Assembly: GCA_965655095.1 (NCBI GenBank)
Contig: OZ296651.1
Span: 6,200,001 to 6,264,000, forward strand
Source: Haplodiscus bocki
Taxonomy: Eukaryota
Direction: 5' to 3'
DNA: 64,000 nucleotides
Shown here: in pieces, positions 27,950-40,681 of the stretch
How the letters are laid out: each line of letters begins with the position of its first letter
Numbering within the stretch: position 1 is the stretch's first letter
The notes under the pieces: generated by a model
Told to the model about the DNA's origin: nothing
What the model saw: the letters and a program-made list of their open reading frames with translations, nothing else
The model's database searches: none
Position numbers and translations under genes: made by a program

Positions 27950-28010
27950 GGGGGCATCACAGATTTGTCTCACAGTGCCGAAAATTTGAGGAGGACCCTT
28001 TAGTGCTTTG
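27950..28010 (+). repeat. Solo unit of the H2 minisatellite
   Basis: gggggcatca...tttgtctcacagtgccgaaaattt...gaccctttagtg. Confidence 0.7.
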
Positions 28011-31000
28011 AAATTATTTTTTGTCCTTTTGTAAATGGCAAAGTTTTAAAATTTTGGGCAACCACGGACAAAAAAAACGTAATAATGAGAATTATTGTTT
28101 CCTAAATTATTTTGTGTCAAAATTTTTGAGCGGAATTTTGCAACTGCAAGTTTTGGTTACCTTTTAAACGAAAACTTTTTAATTTTTTTTCGACACTACG
28201 AGACAAAATCGTGATTGTGTTACTTCAATCTGACACCACCAATATTAAAAAAAACATCGTTAAATTTAGGTTATTAGTAGCGTCTTGAAAATTTTAGCAC
28301 GGAGACGCTTTTAGTCATTTAATTAGGGCCGTAATTTCGATTTTGGGTATTTGGGGCTTGGATATTTTCAGTTTTGGTATTTTGGGATTGGGTATATTGT
28401 GGGGTGTGTATTTTGTCGTGCCACCGTAAACAACAGTTTGATTTTCAGGACACACAGTTAGAATGATTCTAAATTTATTGCACTTGATTACATGCCAATT
28501 CTGTAATTCAGATTTTAATGAGTTGTCATGCCAGCGGCGCTTTTAGCAGCAACTTCTTCCAAAAGTGAACTTCCATGCAATGAAATTTCAATTTAAATCT
28601 TGGATCTCTCTTTACAACAAGTCACACAGATCGAGCACGTGAAACACGGCGGGCGGAGTTATTGACTGCTTACATTTCACGTCGAATCAGATCGGTTTTT
28701 GGTCCTAAAGCTACACTCAGTGCATATAAAAACTTCCAAAACATTCCGTAAAACTGTCCCCATTAAGTGCAAAAATTCCCAGAGGCTGTCTAGAAATAGG
28801 GGCTGGTATATTCTTTGGCAAGTTCCCAGTAGTCGAAGAGAGGTTCATTTTAGCAGTGGATCCATTAGAAAAGTGAATTCGTTTTCCTTGGACTTTTCAG
28901 AACAAAATGGGGGCTTTTTGTCAATATCTGGAGTAAATTTGATCCCCCTTCGCCCTCAGTTGTTCCTCTAATTTACACGGATCCGACATTAGGAGTAAAC
29001 ACCCACAACTCACAAATCTTCCCACGACCAATATTCAGAAAAAGGCTCTGATCAAAAATCGTTTGGTTTAAGTAGAAGTCGGTTATGTTGAAATTGAGGT
29101 CAAAAACGTCCAACTGAAAATGTAAGTTACATCCAAGGATGTATTAACAATTTGCAAACCGATCACCGTTGTCAAAATTTGTTTAACGTGAAACGGGCCA
29201 CTGGGCCATATTTGGAACATATTTTTTCGACTAAAAAACACACTGGAGCTCCGTATAACTGTGTTGAGAGCTGGTACACTTCTGGTCTTGGCTTTTTTGC
29301 AAATAATTGGGCCATTGATGTCACATACGTGTTTTCTAAAAGCTATGAGTTGAGTGAGAATATATAAACTTTCACAAATTCAACCAAAAAATTCGTTCAC
29401 TCATTTCTGATCATATCTTCCGAACAGCTTCGTTTCACCTACACTACATGTTCCCCGGAACTTTAAGGCTTTGACAACGCAATAGTATTCATGTTACTAC
29501 AAGCCCCCGCTCAGCAATAGTACCGGAAAAACAAACTAAAATTCTGAAGAACGGGACCGCGCGGCGACAGGGCCTCACAATAACAAAATGAAAGCCTAGT
29601 ACAGCCCTTTCAATTGAGCTGTACATCGCTTCTGAATTCCCAATAGTCTTTGAGAAAATTGCGTTTAAAATTTTTTCCACCAAATTCTAGATTTTCATCA
29701 AAACAGCTTGGCCCGTTTAAGGGGAATGCATTAAAGTGTTGGAAGCAGACACCGCAAAAATGTGCTGCTCTCAAACCGAAAGTCTGCTGCCGCCCGAAAT
29801 GAAATCTGCTTTCTTTTTTTTGGAAAATTCCTTGGAAAAGTATGGAATTTATTCTTTTCAAAGCAAAAATACTCTCTCTGACCAAAAACTATAGAATGAT
29901 GAACTATTTTGAATACTTTTGAGCTAGTTTTTCTTGAATTTTTCATGTACTATTTCAGTGTACGTCAAGATTTTCAGTCACATGTTCTTTCATTTTGTGG
30001 GCAGGCGAGACTTTTTTCTTTTTGTTTCTCTAAAATCAAAGCATAAACAAGAAATTTTCCTTTCTGCTCAATCTGCTCTGAATGGTAAATTCTGCTGTTT
30101 TCTGCTCGCAGCAGATTTTCGCGGTGTCTGGTTGGAAGCAACGCCCACTCACGTTACCACAGACATCAGTTTTCAGCTAACAGTAATTTTCACAAAGTAC
30201 AAAACAGCACCAATTATCAAGTAGTGGAAAAAAGGAAACGGGCGTACAACTGAAATTACAGACAGATTTGACCAAATTTTGACAAGAGTAAATTGGGGAT
30301 TTGCAGAGAACCTGAGCTCAGCAGTGATAATTTTTGTAGATTCACGAACGCTTTGAAATTGATATTGAGTCTGGGCACCCGAAATAAATGTAAGAGAAAA
30401 CGCGACAAAAAAGTAAAAGGTCAATGAACGAATCATGAACCGCAATAATACACGAATGAACAAGTTTGCTTTCTTGTCCAATTTTCTCTACATGTACAGT
30501 ACTGATTTCAATTAAATAAACTCTTTCCTCAGCAAAATTGGTCGTTTTTGAAGCTCAAAATCTCAAAAAGTAAAAGATTGAGGAAGTAGTAAGAGCGAAA
30601 ATTTCTTAGAATTTTGACACTACAAAGGTTCCTATTTCATGAAAATCTGACCGATAGTCAAAAGGTTTGAGATCCCCATTTTTGGACATTCTCCAGCATT
30701 TTTTCACTTTTTCCGATTTTTCAGCAGTTAGAACATAACATTCTTTTCAATTCTTTATCTGATTACACTCGCAATGAAGGCCCCGATCGCAAGGTATTTC
30801 TCTTTAGGGGAAAAAACTTTCCATTTTAAAGAAGTTACGGTTATTAGGTGCCACTAATGCTATTCACATGTATTAAGATAAGGTACAAGGATGTCACTTC
30901 GCTTTATAGGCGTGAACTTTTTGAGTAGTTTTTTTTTCAGAAATTCGTAAATATCAAATGTTTAAGGCAAGATCTAAAGCTAAATAATGGTATCTGCAAA

Positions 31001-31314
31001 TCTTTAGAATTTTAAGATGGGAGTTTTGAGAAAAACCTCAAATTCGGTCAAAAATGAGCAAGGAAAATTAAGGTAAATATAACAAAAAATTCTCATAAAA
31101 TCTCATGAAAAATCTAAGGAACATTTGCTCTTGCTGTTTTCTCGTAAAACTGTCGTGCTTCGAGTAATTGGACCCCAACCTTGTTTTAATTTCGCTCAGG
31201 AGTTCACTAAATTAAAATCAGCACTGAGTTGGCGATGCAATTTTGCTGAATGTAAAAAAGCACATGTAAAAACTGTGAAATGCAATGATTACAGAAGTAT
31301 TTGAAATTTTTCAG

Positions 31315-31592
31315 ACAAAACAAACAAATCAGAGACGATTGAGGTGACGGGTGTGAAATATGACCCTGAATCATTCGACAATGAAATGGTCAACCGATTT
31401 CTCAATGCATCCATGGCCATCAAAATTCTGGGAAACGACGCCAAAACTGTTGCGATGGACCACTTGGTAGATCCCTACAACCCCCAAGACTTCGCCAGAG
31501 CAGTCGTCGAGAAGATCCAGCAAGTCGATGTTAAGGACAACAAAGAGTTCCTCAAACAACTCATCAAGGAGTTTTCAGAGGAGAAAAAATAA
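31315..31592 (+). CDS. CLU-like: Clusterin-family protein, exon 4 (C-terminal domain)
   Basis: tttttcag| phase 1 joins to give YANKTNKSETIEVTGV. IKILGNDAKTV...VDPYNPQDFARAVVEK resembles clusterin VKLFDSDPITV...VSRKNPKFMETVAEK. TAA at 31590-31592. Confidence 0.82.
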
Positions 31593-33629
31593 GAAAAATG
31601 CACGAAAATTGTGGAAACGGAAACGAGAGATTGAATAAACAGTGGAACCGATGGATTCTAAACTAATGTTTCCAAATTAATCGGTGTTCCTGATGGTTTG
31701 TCCATAAAATTGAATAGAAGTTTTAGAAAAATTTGAATGGGTTAATTCAAAAAAATGCTACCGATTACCAATAGTTACACACTGAGCATAACCTGATGGT
31801 CGAGACTTTTCAATATTTACGTTGCACGTGAGAATGAAACTTATACAATTTGAATTTATACAATCTTATAACAACCTGAGCTTACTTTCAATTTATATAT
31901 GAAAGCAATAGAATTCGAGAAACAACAACGCCCGAAAACACTTGGTAGCAGATAAATTGGAATACAATTGAAATTGCAGCCTTTTAGCCTTCTGCGTGTT
32001 ATTGGTCCGACCTCTCCAAGTACGGCGAAGCTCAGTTCTCAGTGTATTAGAACAATTGAATGCTCTCTACAAAATATTTCAAAAACAGATATTTAGCGAA
32101 CGACTCTCGAAATACTTTCGTTGAAAATAGTCGATATTAGTCAAGAACAAGTGTAGCAAGAACGTGCAGACATTCCTGTTGAAAAAAATTGCAATGGGAG
32201 ACTCGTTCACAGGAAAATCAGCGTCTTACGTTTATACACAATCCCCACTGAGTTTCAGGATGTGAGAAAACAACTCGGCAAAGTTGTTGCAGTATCTCCG
32301 GTGTATCGAACCGAGGTTGCGACAATGCAACCGTTTTCGCTAATCGGTAATTCTGGCGCAGAGACAAAGTTCAAACTTGCGTTTCTGACAAGCTCCCATC
32401 TAAAACTATCAGACACATCTCTCCCCTTTTTCCCCGACACCTTGTGATTGATCATGCCCTTAGCAATACACCAACCGGTTATAATTTAAGACTTCCCCTT
32501 CCTCCAGTCAACCTCACTTCGCCAGCCAACCTCACAATTAAGTACTTCATTCCTAACTCCTATACCCAATTCAAATAATTTCAATGTTTTCGCGATGGTT
32601 CAGATTCTTGTCTTCTCCTAGCCAAAGAATGACCACGACACTGTCTGAATATTAACCCGCAAGAGAATTGAAATTGTTCCAACAATTTGGGAGTCGCCTA
32701 CTGAGCAAAATTCAATATTGTGAGCAAAAAACAGAAAACAGATGTACTTTACATTTTAACCGAGTGGAAAATTTGTACCAGATGGATTAAAATTATAGGG
32801 CGGGTTGCCTGACTGACTTTCCCGACTTTAATATTCCCATTCTAATATACTCTGCGGTTCCTATAAGGAGTCGAGCCCTGGTACTACCTGATCCTCAAAG
32901 ATGCAACATGCCCAATAATTTTGATTCCTACGGTACAGAGTTTTGCAATTGGCTAAAATGTAAAATAGTTCTGCTGTTTTCTGGTTCATCTTTTTTCACA
33001 TTATTGAATTTTGCTCAGTGTGCGACTCCCAAAATGTTCCCCTACCCAAACTCAACTTATAAACATAGCCGCCCAGGGCAGCCAAAACTTCGTAAAATTT
33101 TTAGGAAAGCCATTTAAAGGACTTCTGCTTATGGAGATGCTTCTAGGGACTACCATGCATTCACCAAAAAGATCATTTTCAAGAAGAAATTTTTCGAACA
33201 AGAACACTACGCTAGCTTGTGAAAAAACCAAGTCAAAACTGACGTTCAGAATACTCGCCTTCCTTTCTTGACTCATTGCCTAAACTGCATCACAGCTTGG
33301 TGACCGATGCACTCTTTCAACTTTCGTTTTTAGAGACCATTTTCTGAGGGATCAATGCAGGAAAATTTCATCTTACAAAAATGGAAAAACCTTCATCAGT
33401 CATATCTCAACGAAGATGATTTAACTACCAAAACTGAAGCAAAAAAATCTCAATTCACGAAAGCGGCCACCCGGTTCATGCCAGCAACCAAAGGGACTGA
33501 TGTGAACATGGAGGCCGTTAGATATGCTATTGTTTAGATTTAGCTTGATAGTTCGAATGTTAAATTCAGTTTACAGACACCCCAACCCACCCTCAAAACT
33601 CAGGAAGAGCCACGCCTTGAGCAGTAAAC

Positions 33630-34560
33630 TAACATGAAATAGAATTGAAAACTTTCAAGTACTTCAACTTCCCCCGCTTTTTACCACTGCTTTCAATATA
33701 CTCCCTCAGCCTTATACCCAAAGTGGAAAGAATCTAATGCTCTCCAAATTTTGCAGATCCCCTCATTCCCACTGACTAAGAACAGCGTTGCCTTTGACCG
33801 GATACTAACCCGCAAAACAACGAAAACGTTTTCACCCAATTCAAAATTGCCTGCCACTCCCCTACCCGGTGCTAACTGCAGTACACAAGGTGAAATTATT
33901 TGATCACATATTCCACGCAATCCCACCATCTGAGACAGGTCACATCCCTGCCGTGATACAATCCCGCATCAGAAATGTAAAGTAATTAGAAATCAAACTT
34001 CGCCAGCCAGTCCCACTAATTAGCAAACCCTCGCGTACCACTGAACCCAAAAAAAACAAAAATCTCCATTTCTCCACGATTTCCTGCTTTCCCCCAGTAC
34101 TCACAGCCAGGGAAAGCCACACTTTTATCCCGCCGCGAGCCTGAGATAGAATTGAAAACTCTTAATCACTTCAACTTCCCCTGCCATTCCCACTGCTTTC
34201 CCTTATTTAACCAACCCTTGTTACCAAACTAGCATATTGTTAATCCTTTCAAGATTCTTGTCCTTCCCTTCATTTCCACTACCACGGAATGTTCGCTCCT
34301 TTGCCCAGCTACTATATTTAAATAGAAGTCAAGACTAGTGTCCGCTTTAACTTTCCTCCCAGTCCCACTACTTGGCATATTCTACGTAACTCCTGTACCA
34401 AAGTTTTATTAATATCACACTATTTAAAATTCCTCTCCTTACCTTCCCACCCGCAAATTGGGAAAAGCCAGGCCCTTGCTCGGATACCAACCCGGACTAC
34501 AAATGAAAACTTCATACCATCTCAACTTCCCCGTTCATTCCCAGTACTAGTTTTCCTTAG
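33630..34560 (+). repeat. Ancient diverged tandem repeat (3 units, ~350-500 bp), C-rich on the plus strand
   Basis: tgaaaact...tcaacttccc...cca.t.ct at ~33645, ~34153 and ~34504. Confidence 0.6.
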
Positions 34561-34724
34561 AATCAATACCTTCTGAGGATTATAAGACTTCTTTTTTTGT
34601 ATTTGGTGCATAAGCTTCCTCCCTGGCCCTTTTCCGCCAATTGGGAAAAGAATTCTAAAATTTCAAATTCCAACCTATTTCAAACTTTATTCACTAGAGG
34701 AGGAAGTTAAAATTTTCACTATAT

Positions 34725-35575
34725 TCTTGATTTGCGCACTGTAACGGCTACTATGATGGTCCATCTGCTCCCACTTTCAGTACTCTCACTCAACTGAGCA
34801 GCGTCTTGAAAAAACAATAAGATTTTTCAAATGTCGCAAGAAAGTCTTTATTTTGCGCAAGGTCCGAAAATATCGTATCAAAAACGTCTAAAAAACAAAA
34901 ATTGAGAAAAACTATCTATAAGTACTCTCAGAAATCGAAAATTTCCGGAATCCTAAAATTCTTAGTGGAAACACGAGTGATCTCCCAACTTAGCTTTAAT
35001 AGAGGTGATGATTCTGAAAATATTTTGGAGCCCCTCTTTATGACCAATTCATGATTAAGCATCAGCAACTTCCAATCGGACTCCCGTGTAAATAGCATAG
35101 CAGGGGATAAGACTTCCGAAAATTTTGGGGATAACCATAGGGTCCCCCTCAACCTTTATTCCGTTTTCCCGCGAATTGGCATAAATGAACTCCAGGCGTT
35201 AACAGTGTCCCGGCGTTAACAGTTCTACATGTTTATTGACTGCCGAAAAAGAATCATTTTATTTACGCGCTCTCACCGCTTTGCAACGTCCTGAAAAAAA
35301 TTGGAAACTTTTCAAAATCCAAGCACATGAACTGCCGAACAAAAAAAATCAATTTTTTATTTGCGCACTCTCACCTGAGCTATGATGGCCCGAATGGTCC
35401 CTCCTGTACTCCACACAGCTTTGCTGCGTTTTTCGAAAATTTTTAGAGTTTTCAAATGTCGCACGAAATTTCTTGCGACGAGGTCGCAAAATGTACGAAA
35501 ACGGACAAGACAAAGAAACAGAAACCGAGTAACACTATAAGTACTTTGCAAAAATTAAAATTCTCCGATGTCCAA
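34725..35575 (+). repeat. Diverged direct repeat pair (~230 bp; 34730-34960 and 35375-35575)
   Basis: atttgcgcact...ctatgatgg...ttttcaaatgtcgca...aggtc...ctataagtact occurs in both. Confidence 0.7.
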
Positions 35576-36379
35576 ATAATCGCTACTCTCAGCAAGAACA
35601 GCAGAATACGAGGCTTTTTCTTTGAACCAACATTTTCCGTCTTGACAACTTGCATCCCCTAAGATCCTCCAAATTGTTTAACCCGATACCCCCATGCCTC
35701 TTTTGGCAATTTCGAAAACGACAAAAAAATCAAACACAACCAAGTTTCTTTTCAAAAATTCGACCACCACAGTTTAATGATAGGAAAAATTTTGAAGCTT
35801 CGGTCTAAAAAATTTTCAACAAACTGTAATTCATCGGCATAAGCCACGGCTTTTTAAATTCAAAATTTTGCTTCACTTGCAGCCTATGCACGGGGTGCGG
35901 CCTATACCCTGGGTGGGGCTATTGAGTGAGACTCGAATTTTGAATGAATAGGTCTGGGTAGTAAGAATTTGCAGGATATCATTTGGGCCATGCAGGCCAT
36001 AAGTGGAATCAAGGAGTACCGATTGAATTAATGTATATTATAATAAATGCCCGGAGGTGACGTGTGCGATATGATAATACAGGAGATTTTGACCTGACAC
36101 CTGATAATACAAAGACTTCATAAGAATATGAAAGTTTTAATGCGGCTTGCACACTGGGGCTGCTAATAAAAATTCGGATAGTAATGCGGCTTATACTCGA
36201 GGGCGACTTACATACGATGAGCTACACCGTACCCCTTCTCCCAAACTATTGTGGTCAAAAAAGGAACAAAATGAAGAATTGAACTAAAGTTGTCTTCAAA
36301 AAAGCCAAAAATCACGAAAAAGGAGTCCCCGTGGATATTTTGAACCTTACAGGCGGAGCCAATGTTGGCCATTCTCGGC

Positions 36380-36830
36380 TTGTTTCCCATTTGAGGACAA
36401 ACTCCCAAAGATTTCCCCCAAGCCACGAGATGTTCACACAAGAATTTCGAAAGCATTATGGAAGTCTGACGACTTAAAGCGTACGTTTTGCCAGCACTGA
36501 GATATGGACAATCTGCAAATAGTCTGAAAAGACACATGCGTATGAAATGTGGTGTTACTAGAAAATGCGGCGGCGCATCGGCTCGACAGCCAAGATTCCA
36601 AATGTGCTGAAGGCTGTCAAAATGAATCAATGTTCGATTTTCACAAATGTACGTGCAAGTTTTGAAATTGGCAATTTTTGCGCATGCAATGCAGAAAAAA
36701 ACAGTGGAGGCACCCTGCTCCTCCTCCCCCACCAGCAGACTTTTCCAATACTGTGTTCGTTGAAAGCGCACGCAACAGACAACAGAAAGTGGTAGAGACT
36801 GTTTTCGATCGTGGCAGCCAAGAAGGATTG
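36380..36830 (+). mobile_element. RTE-clade LINE 3' ORF fragment
   Basis: Plus frame STEIWTICK*SEKTHAYEMWCY*KMRRRIGSTAKIPNVL matches the RTE consensus YGSETWT..K...I.AFEMWCYRR.L.I.W..K..N..VL. Confidence 0.75.
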
Positions 36831-37140
36831 GTGCAAGTGAGGAGATAAATTAAGAGGAGGTTTTTTGAAAATCATCAGAGCACCAATCAAAGCCAATGAA
36901 ACTTTGTTGGACCAAATTTTGATGTAACGGAAAAGCACCATTTACGCACGCCCATTAAAACCCGGGTGTATTAAATGCTCAACACAATTCAACTCACAGG
37001 CAAAGCTGTGTTTCGCAATACTTGCGCCTACGGAATACTAGTGAATAAATCGATTACGTATACCTGGTTTTTGAAGAGTCCGCTATACTACAAAAACAAG
37101 TGATAACGAGAGTACAAAAGCTCGGTTAATTATTCTTCAT

Positions 37141-37384
37141 TTATATACAAGTAAGAAATGCTATAATATTTCATTCACAATTTTAAATAAAAATACTAAA
37201 TCTGACGCTGCAATGGAACTGTTAGTAGAGTAACAGACTGCGGTGTGAATGTCCCATGTTTGGGCCTAGGACACTCCCTACTCTCTTTGATGAGAATCTA
37301 GGACCTGTGCGTGTTCTGAACGGATCGGCAAAAAAATAAAGAAGTCAGTGATATAACACTTGCTTGCGCAAGCAAGTGTGAAAA
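37141..37384. mobile_element. Family Y element ending in a perfect 24-bp palindrome
   Basis: acacttgcttgcgcaagcaagtgt at 37356-37379. Starts acaagtaagaaa, a DINE/Helentron-like terminus. Homologous to 14686-14915. Confidence 0.6.
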
Positions 37385-38104
37385 GAGAATAAATTCGAAA
37401 AATTGGAATTTGTCTCAAATTTTTAAAGCAAAAAACCCTCGAATTTCAATCATAGCCCTGTTTTAGATAGAAGATAATGTTGCTGTGTAAAGGTTCAAGC
37501 GACAAATTGGTCGGCGGCAGATTGAACGAAATTTTGATATTATGAGAAAATTAGGCTGAATCAAAAGTCTGAAAAACCTATTTTTCAGGAAACGAAAATA
37601 AATTTAAAAACAATCAAAAACCATCGACAATCTTGCATACTATAGCACCGAATCGTGTACTTTGCGCTCCTATAAGGAGTCGAGGCTATATTTAAAAGGA
37701 AGTCCGATTAAAAGTTGCAAACACCTAAAACGGAGAACATCAGTAGATCAGTGAGGATTTTCTTCATTTCCACATTTACAGGTCTGAAAAAGCGGACACA
37801 ACCACGTTCTCGTGATATCTTTAACTTCGGCGTCGATTTCGATAAGCAATTAGTACGTTTTATTTCATCACTCAAACGGCCAGTCATGAATCGATTTGCA
37901 AAATCAACTTGATGCCTTAAAATTCAAAGGAGCGTAAATCAACGATAAAAATTACATAATATGCAAAATTTTTCAGTAGCTGATTTTCAGTTGACGCTTT
38001 TAACTGCACGACTCTCACAGCTACTTTTATTCTATCCACACCACAGACTCACATTGACAGGTCCACATTTTACAGGGCTCGCAAGCACATTTTCTTGCTC
38101 ATAT

Positions 38105-38245
38105 GGTATCGCCGTGGCCTAGTGGGTAGGAAAAAGGTTCCAAACCTACAGATAGCGGGTTCGCGCCCCGGCAAAACCTTAGATGTCCCTGTTGGTAAGA
38201 AAAAAGGGTTCCGAAGCCACAGGTCTCGGTTTCAACCCCCGGTAT
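38105..38245 (+). pseudogene. tRNA-derived (Trp-like, CCA) pseudogene or SINE head, plus a second degenerate tandem copy
   Basis: A-box tggcctagtgg, anticodon arm aggttccaaacct, T-arm cgggttcgcgccccg. The acceptor stem is mismatched. Second decayed copy at ~38190-38245. Confidence 0.55.
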
Positions 38246-39943
38246 AAGCTATATTTTTAATCGGCGCTTTTAAAGAAGAGCCGACTTTACAGTGACTTTT
38301 TTGTAAGACCGTCTTCTCACTTCGACCGACCCAAACTTCGGTAAAATTTTCACGTTTTTTCGTAAATTCAAAGAACAAAATGCTACCAACACACTTGTTA
38401 TCCGCCAAAAAATCTGTTATTGGCGGAAAATCGGTGGATTACTGCGCTTCCTTCGATATACTTAGTATTATTTCTATCAAAACACAAACTATGGTTTCCA
38501 AAAAATGAATGTAATACGTGGTTTATCACGCGCCGATCGAAAATCAAATGACTAAGACGAGTTCATCAAACGGAAGAAAAGTACAAACCTCAATTAGGGC
38601 CTCTTTTTTGACAAGACACACTGAATCTTTTTGTTCCAGCGTGAACAGAATTTTTGCTGCATTTTTAATCGATTCGCAAATGATAGACAAACATTTTTAG
38701 CAGGTCAAAATTGAATCGGGTCGTGTGTTTCAATCATGTTTCGAATAACGACGTTTCACATTTATATTTTTCAAAGGAACTGTAAAGTCAATCATTTCAA
38801 GGAATAGCACTGACAGAAGCGAACAACTTAATTTTGTAGCCTGTCGGCTCTGGAAATATTGCAGAATCTACACTAAGAGCTTTCGGTCGCCGCCACACAC
38901 ACACGGGAGAATCCGAAAGTAAAGCTTACTCTGCCTTCAACGTTCCATAGAATTAATCATCATTAAAGCTGTCAAAAGACCAAAGTCGGTTTTAAGAAGG
39001 CCTTTTTAGTCGGCAAGTTTAATAGAAGTGCTTACTATTACAGTAGCTTTCGTTTTTTTTCACCGTGTAAAACTACGAAGTCTCTTTTCGGGGCAGCAAA
39101 ATTTAATGGGTAGCAACGTATTTTTTACGTACACAAAAGTTTGTGCAAAAGCATACACCAAAGATATTTGAACTAAGGTTTAAGTATAAGTCGTACCAAC
39201 GAGTCCCTCAACTAAATTTTCAAGTTTTTGACATATTTCACAAAAATATGTCAAATTTTTTAGCAGATAAAATATTAATTATGACTATTCGAAAATTGTT
39301 GTAGGGAAAACACACAGAAACAAATGACACCCAGTGCCGTGGCTTCAAGCTGTCCTCGGTATGAGAGGTTATCCAGTGCACTTGTGCCTAATATTTTGAA
39401 GGTTGAATTAATTTAGGAGCAGTAGTAACCGTTCATACAATTATTCCAGGAGTAACTATTTTCTATCAGGTAAAACATTGGGTTGGAAAAAATCAAGATT
39501 CCTTCAAAAGCTAAAAATTCATTAAATGTGACTGCAAACGACCCGTTAAACTTGTTAAAGTCAGTTTTTAAGGTTTTGTCATTAGCACCCCACAGATGCT
39601 ACCCTTGCAGTTGAAGTACGCCAGTTAACTACTGATAAGTTTCAAACCACTGATAATTTGCACCTGGCGTTTTGTTTCATTCGCTAAATATTGTTTTTTT
39701 AATCTTCTGAATGTATTCTTCTAATTTGACCTCAACCAGTTGATCGTTAGACATCCATAAAAGGAACATTTGATGATTGCCGATTGAGTCTGAAGGACAC
39801 TATTACTTTTTCTGCTCTTCCAATTCTTCAGTCTACTCGCTTCAGCTGAAATAACTACTTCGGGAATAAATTGTCCTTTGTCTTTTTTAGCAACATATGT
39901 CTTTCAACTATCATTTCTACGTCAAGGCTTGCCACAGCTAGCT

Positions 39944-40681
39944 TCAGCTCTGAGGTCTTTCGAACATGAAATCAGCCAAACAGTGAGCTGCAACTTTGTG
40001 TTTTGTCATCAGGTGGTTTTGCAGACTGCTTCTCAGCTTGAAATCAGCTGTACAAAATGCACATTTCTGCAGTGCGTGCAACTTCTTCATATGAATCTTC
40101 AGACCCCAAGTACTTCGGAATGACTTTTTGCAGATCTCGCAAACTCCAATTTCTCCATTCAGACACACAATAATTTCAGAATTTGCTTCTTTGGTCTGTC
40201 GCTCAAAAGAAGTCGGAATAAAAATCCCGCGGATTCTTTGCTTGCAATAAGGAATTTTTTCACAATGTCTACTGAAGGAGCCAAAACGATTGCTGAAAGC
40301 ACAGTTCGAGTCACTGCTGAAAAACGATTTTGATTGGCTGGAAATTGCACTCGTATGACTGTTTTCTTTACGCACTGATCTTGATTTGGTCATTTTTTTG
40401 AAAACTTTGGAAGGCGAGCTGTTTGCATAGCTAGTTGATTGGCAATGTTGAGTGTTTCGTGGAATGGGCGCAATTTGGAAACAAGAGCACTGCAGATTAG
40501 GGTTCAGAGGTGCAACTGATATAGCAGTGAAGCGACAGGCCATGGAGGAGCTGATCAAACAGGAGCAGCAAGAAGAAATGTTTCTCATCACTTTCAGCAG
40601 TTCAGATCTTCTGACACCGAAAGACACGCGCAGCTCTTCACAAGAAGCATTGTAACATTCAGGACGCAGAACAACTCTCAT
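39944..40681 (-). CDS. Double C2H2 zinc-finger protein B (245 aa ORF)
   Basis: Longest ORF in the track. CEIC-x12-H-x4-H and CAFC-x12-H-x4-H at the C-terminus. ctgcag|aATG acceptor just before the ATG. N-terminal extent uncertain. Confidence 0.75.
   Translation of the reverse strand: MRVVLRPECYNASCEELRVSFGVRRSELLKVMRNISSCCSCLISSSMACRFTAISVAPLNPNLQCSCFQIAPIPRNTQHCQSTSYANSSPSKVFKKMTKSRSVRKENSHTSAISSQSKSFFSSDSNCAFSNRFGSFSRHCEKIPYCKQRIRGIFIPTSFERQTKEANSEIIVCLNGEIGVCEICKKSFRSTWGLKIHMKKLHALQKCAFCTADFKLRSSLQNHLMTKHKVAAHCLADFMFERPQS

Noticed and set aside
26000-31200. Extra clusterin exons or nested genes in intron 3
   Set aside because: Only short ORFs without motifs are present, and exons 3 and 4 already join in frame at a position contiguous with clusterin.
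36208-36771. 187-aa minus-strand ORF as a gene or transposase
   Set aside because: No motif is recognisable, and the opposite strand carries RTE LINE motifs.
38105-38178. Functional tRNA-Trp gene
   Set aside because: The acceptor and D stems are mismatched, the T-loop is altered, and a tandem degenerate copy follows. It is treated as a pseudogene or SINE.
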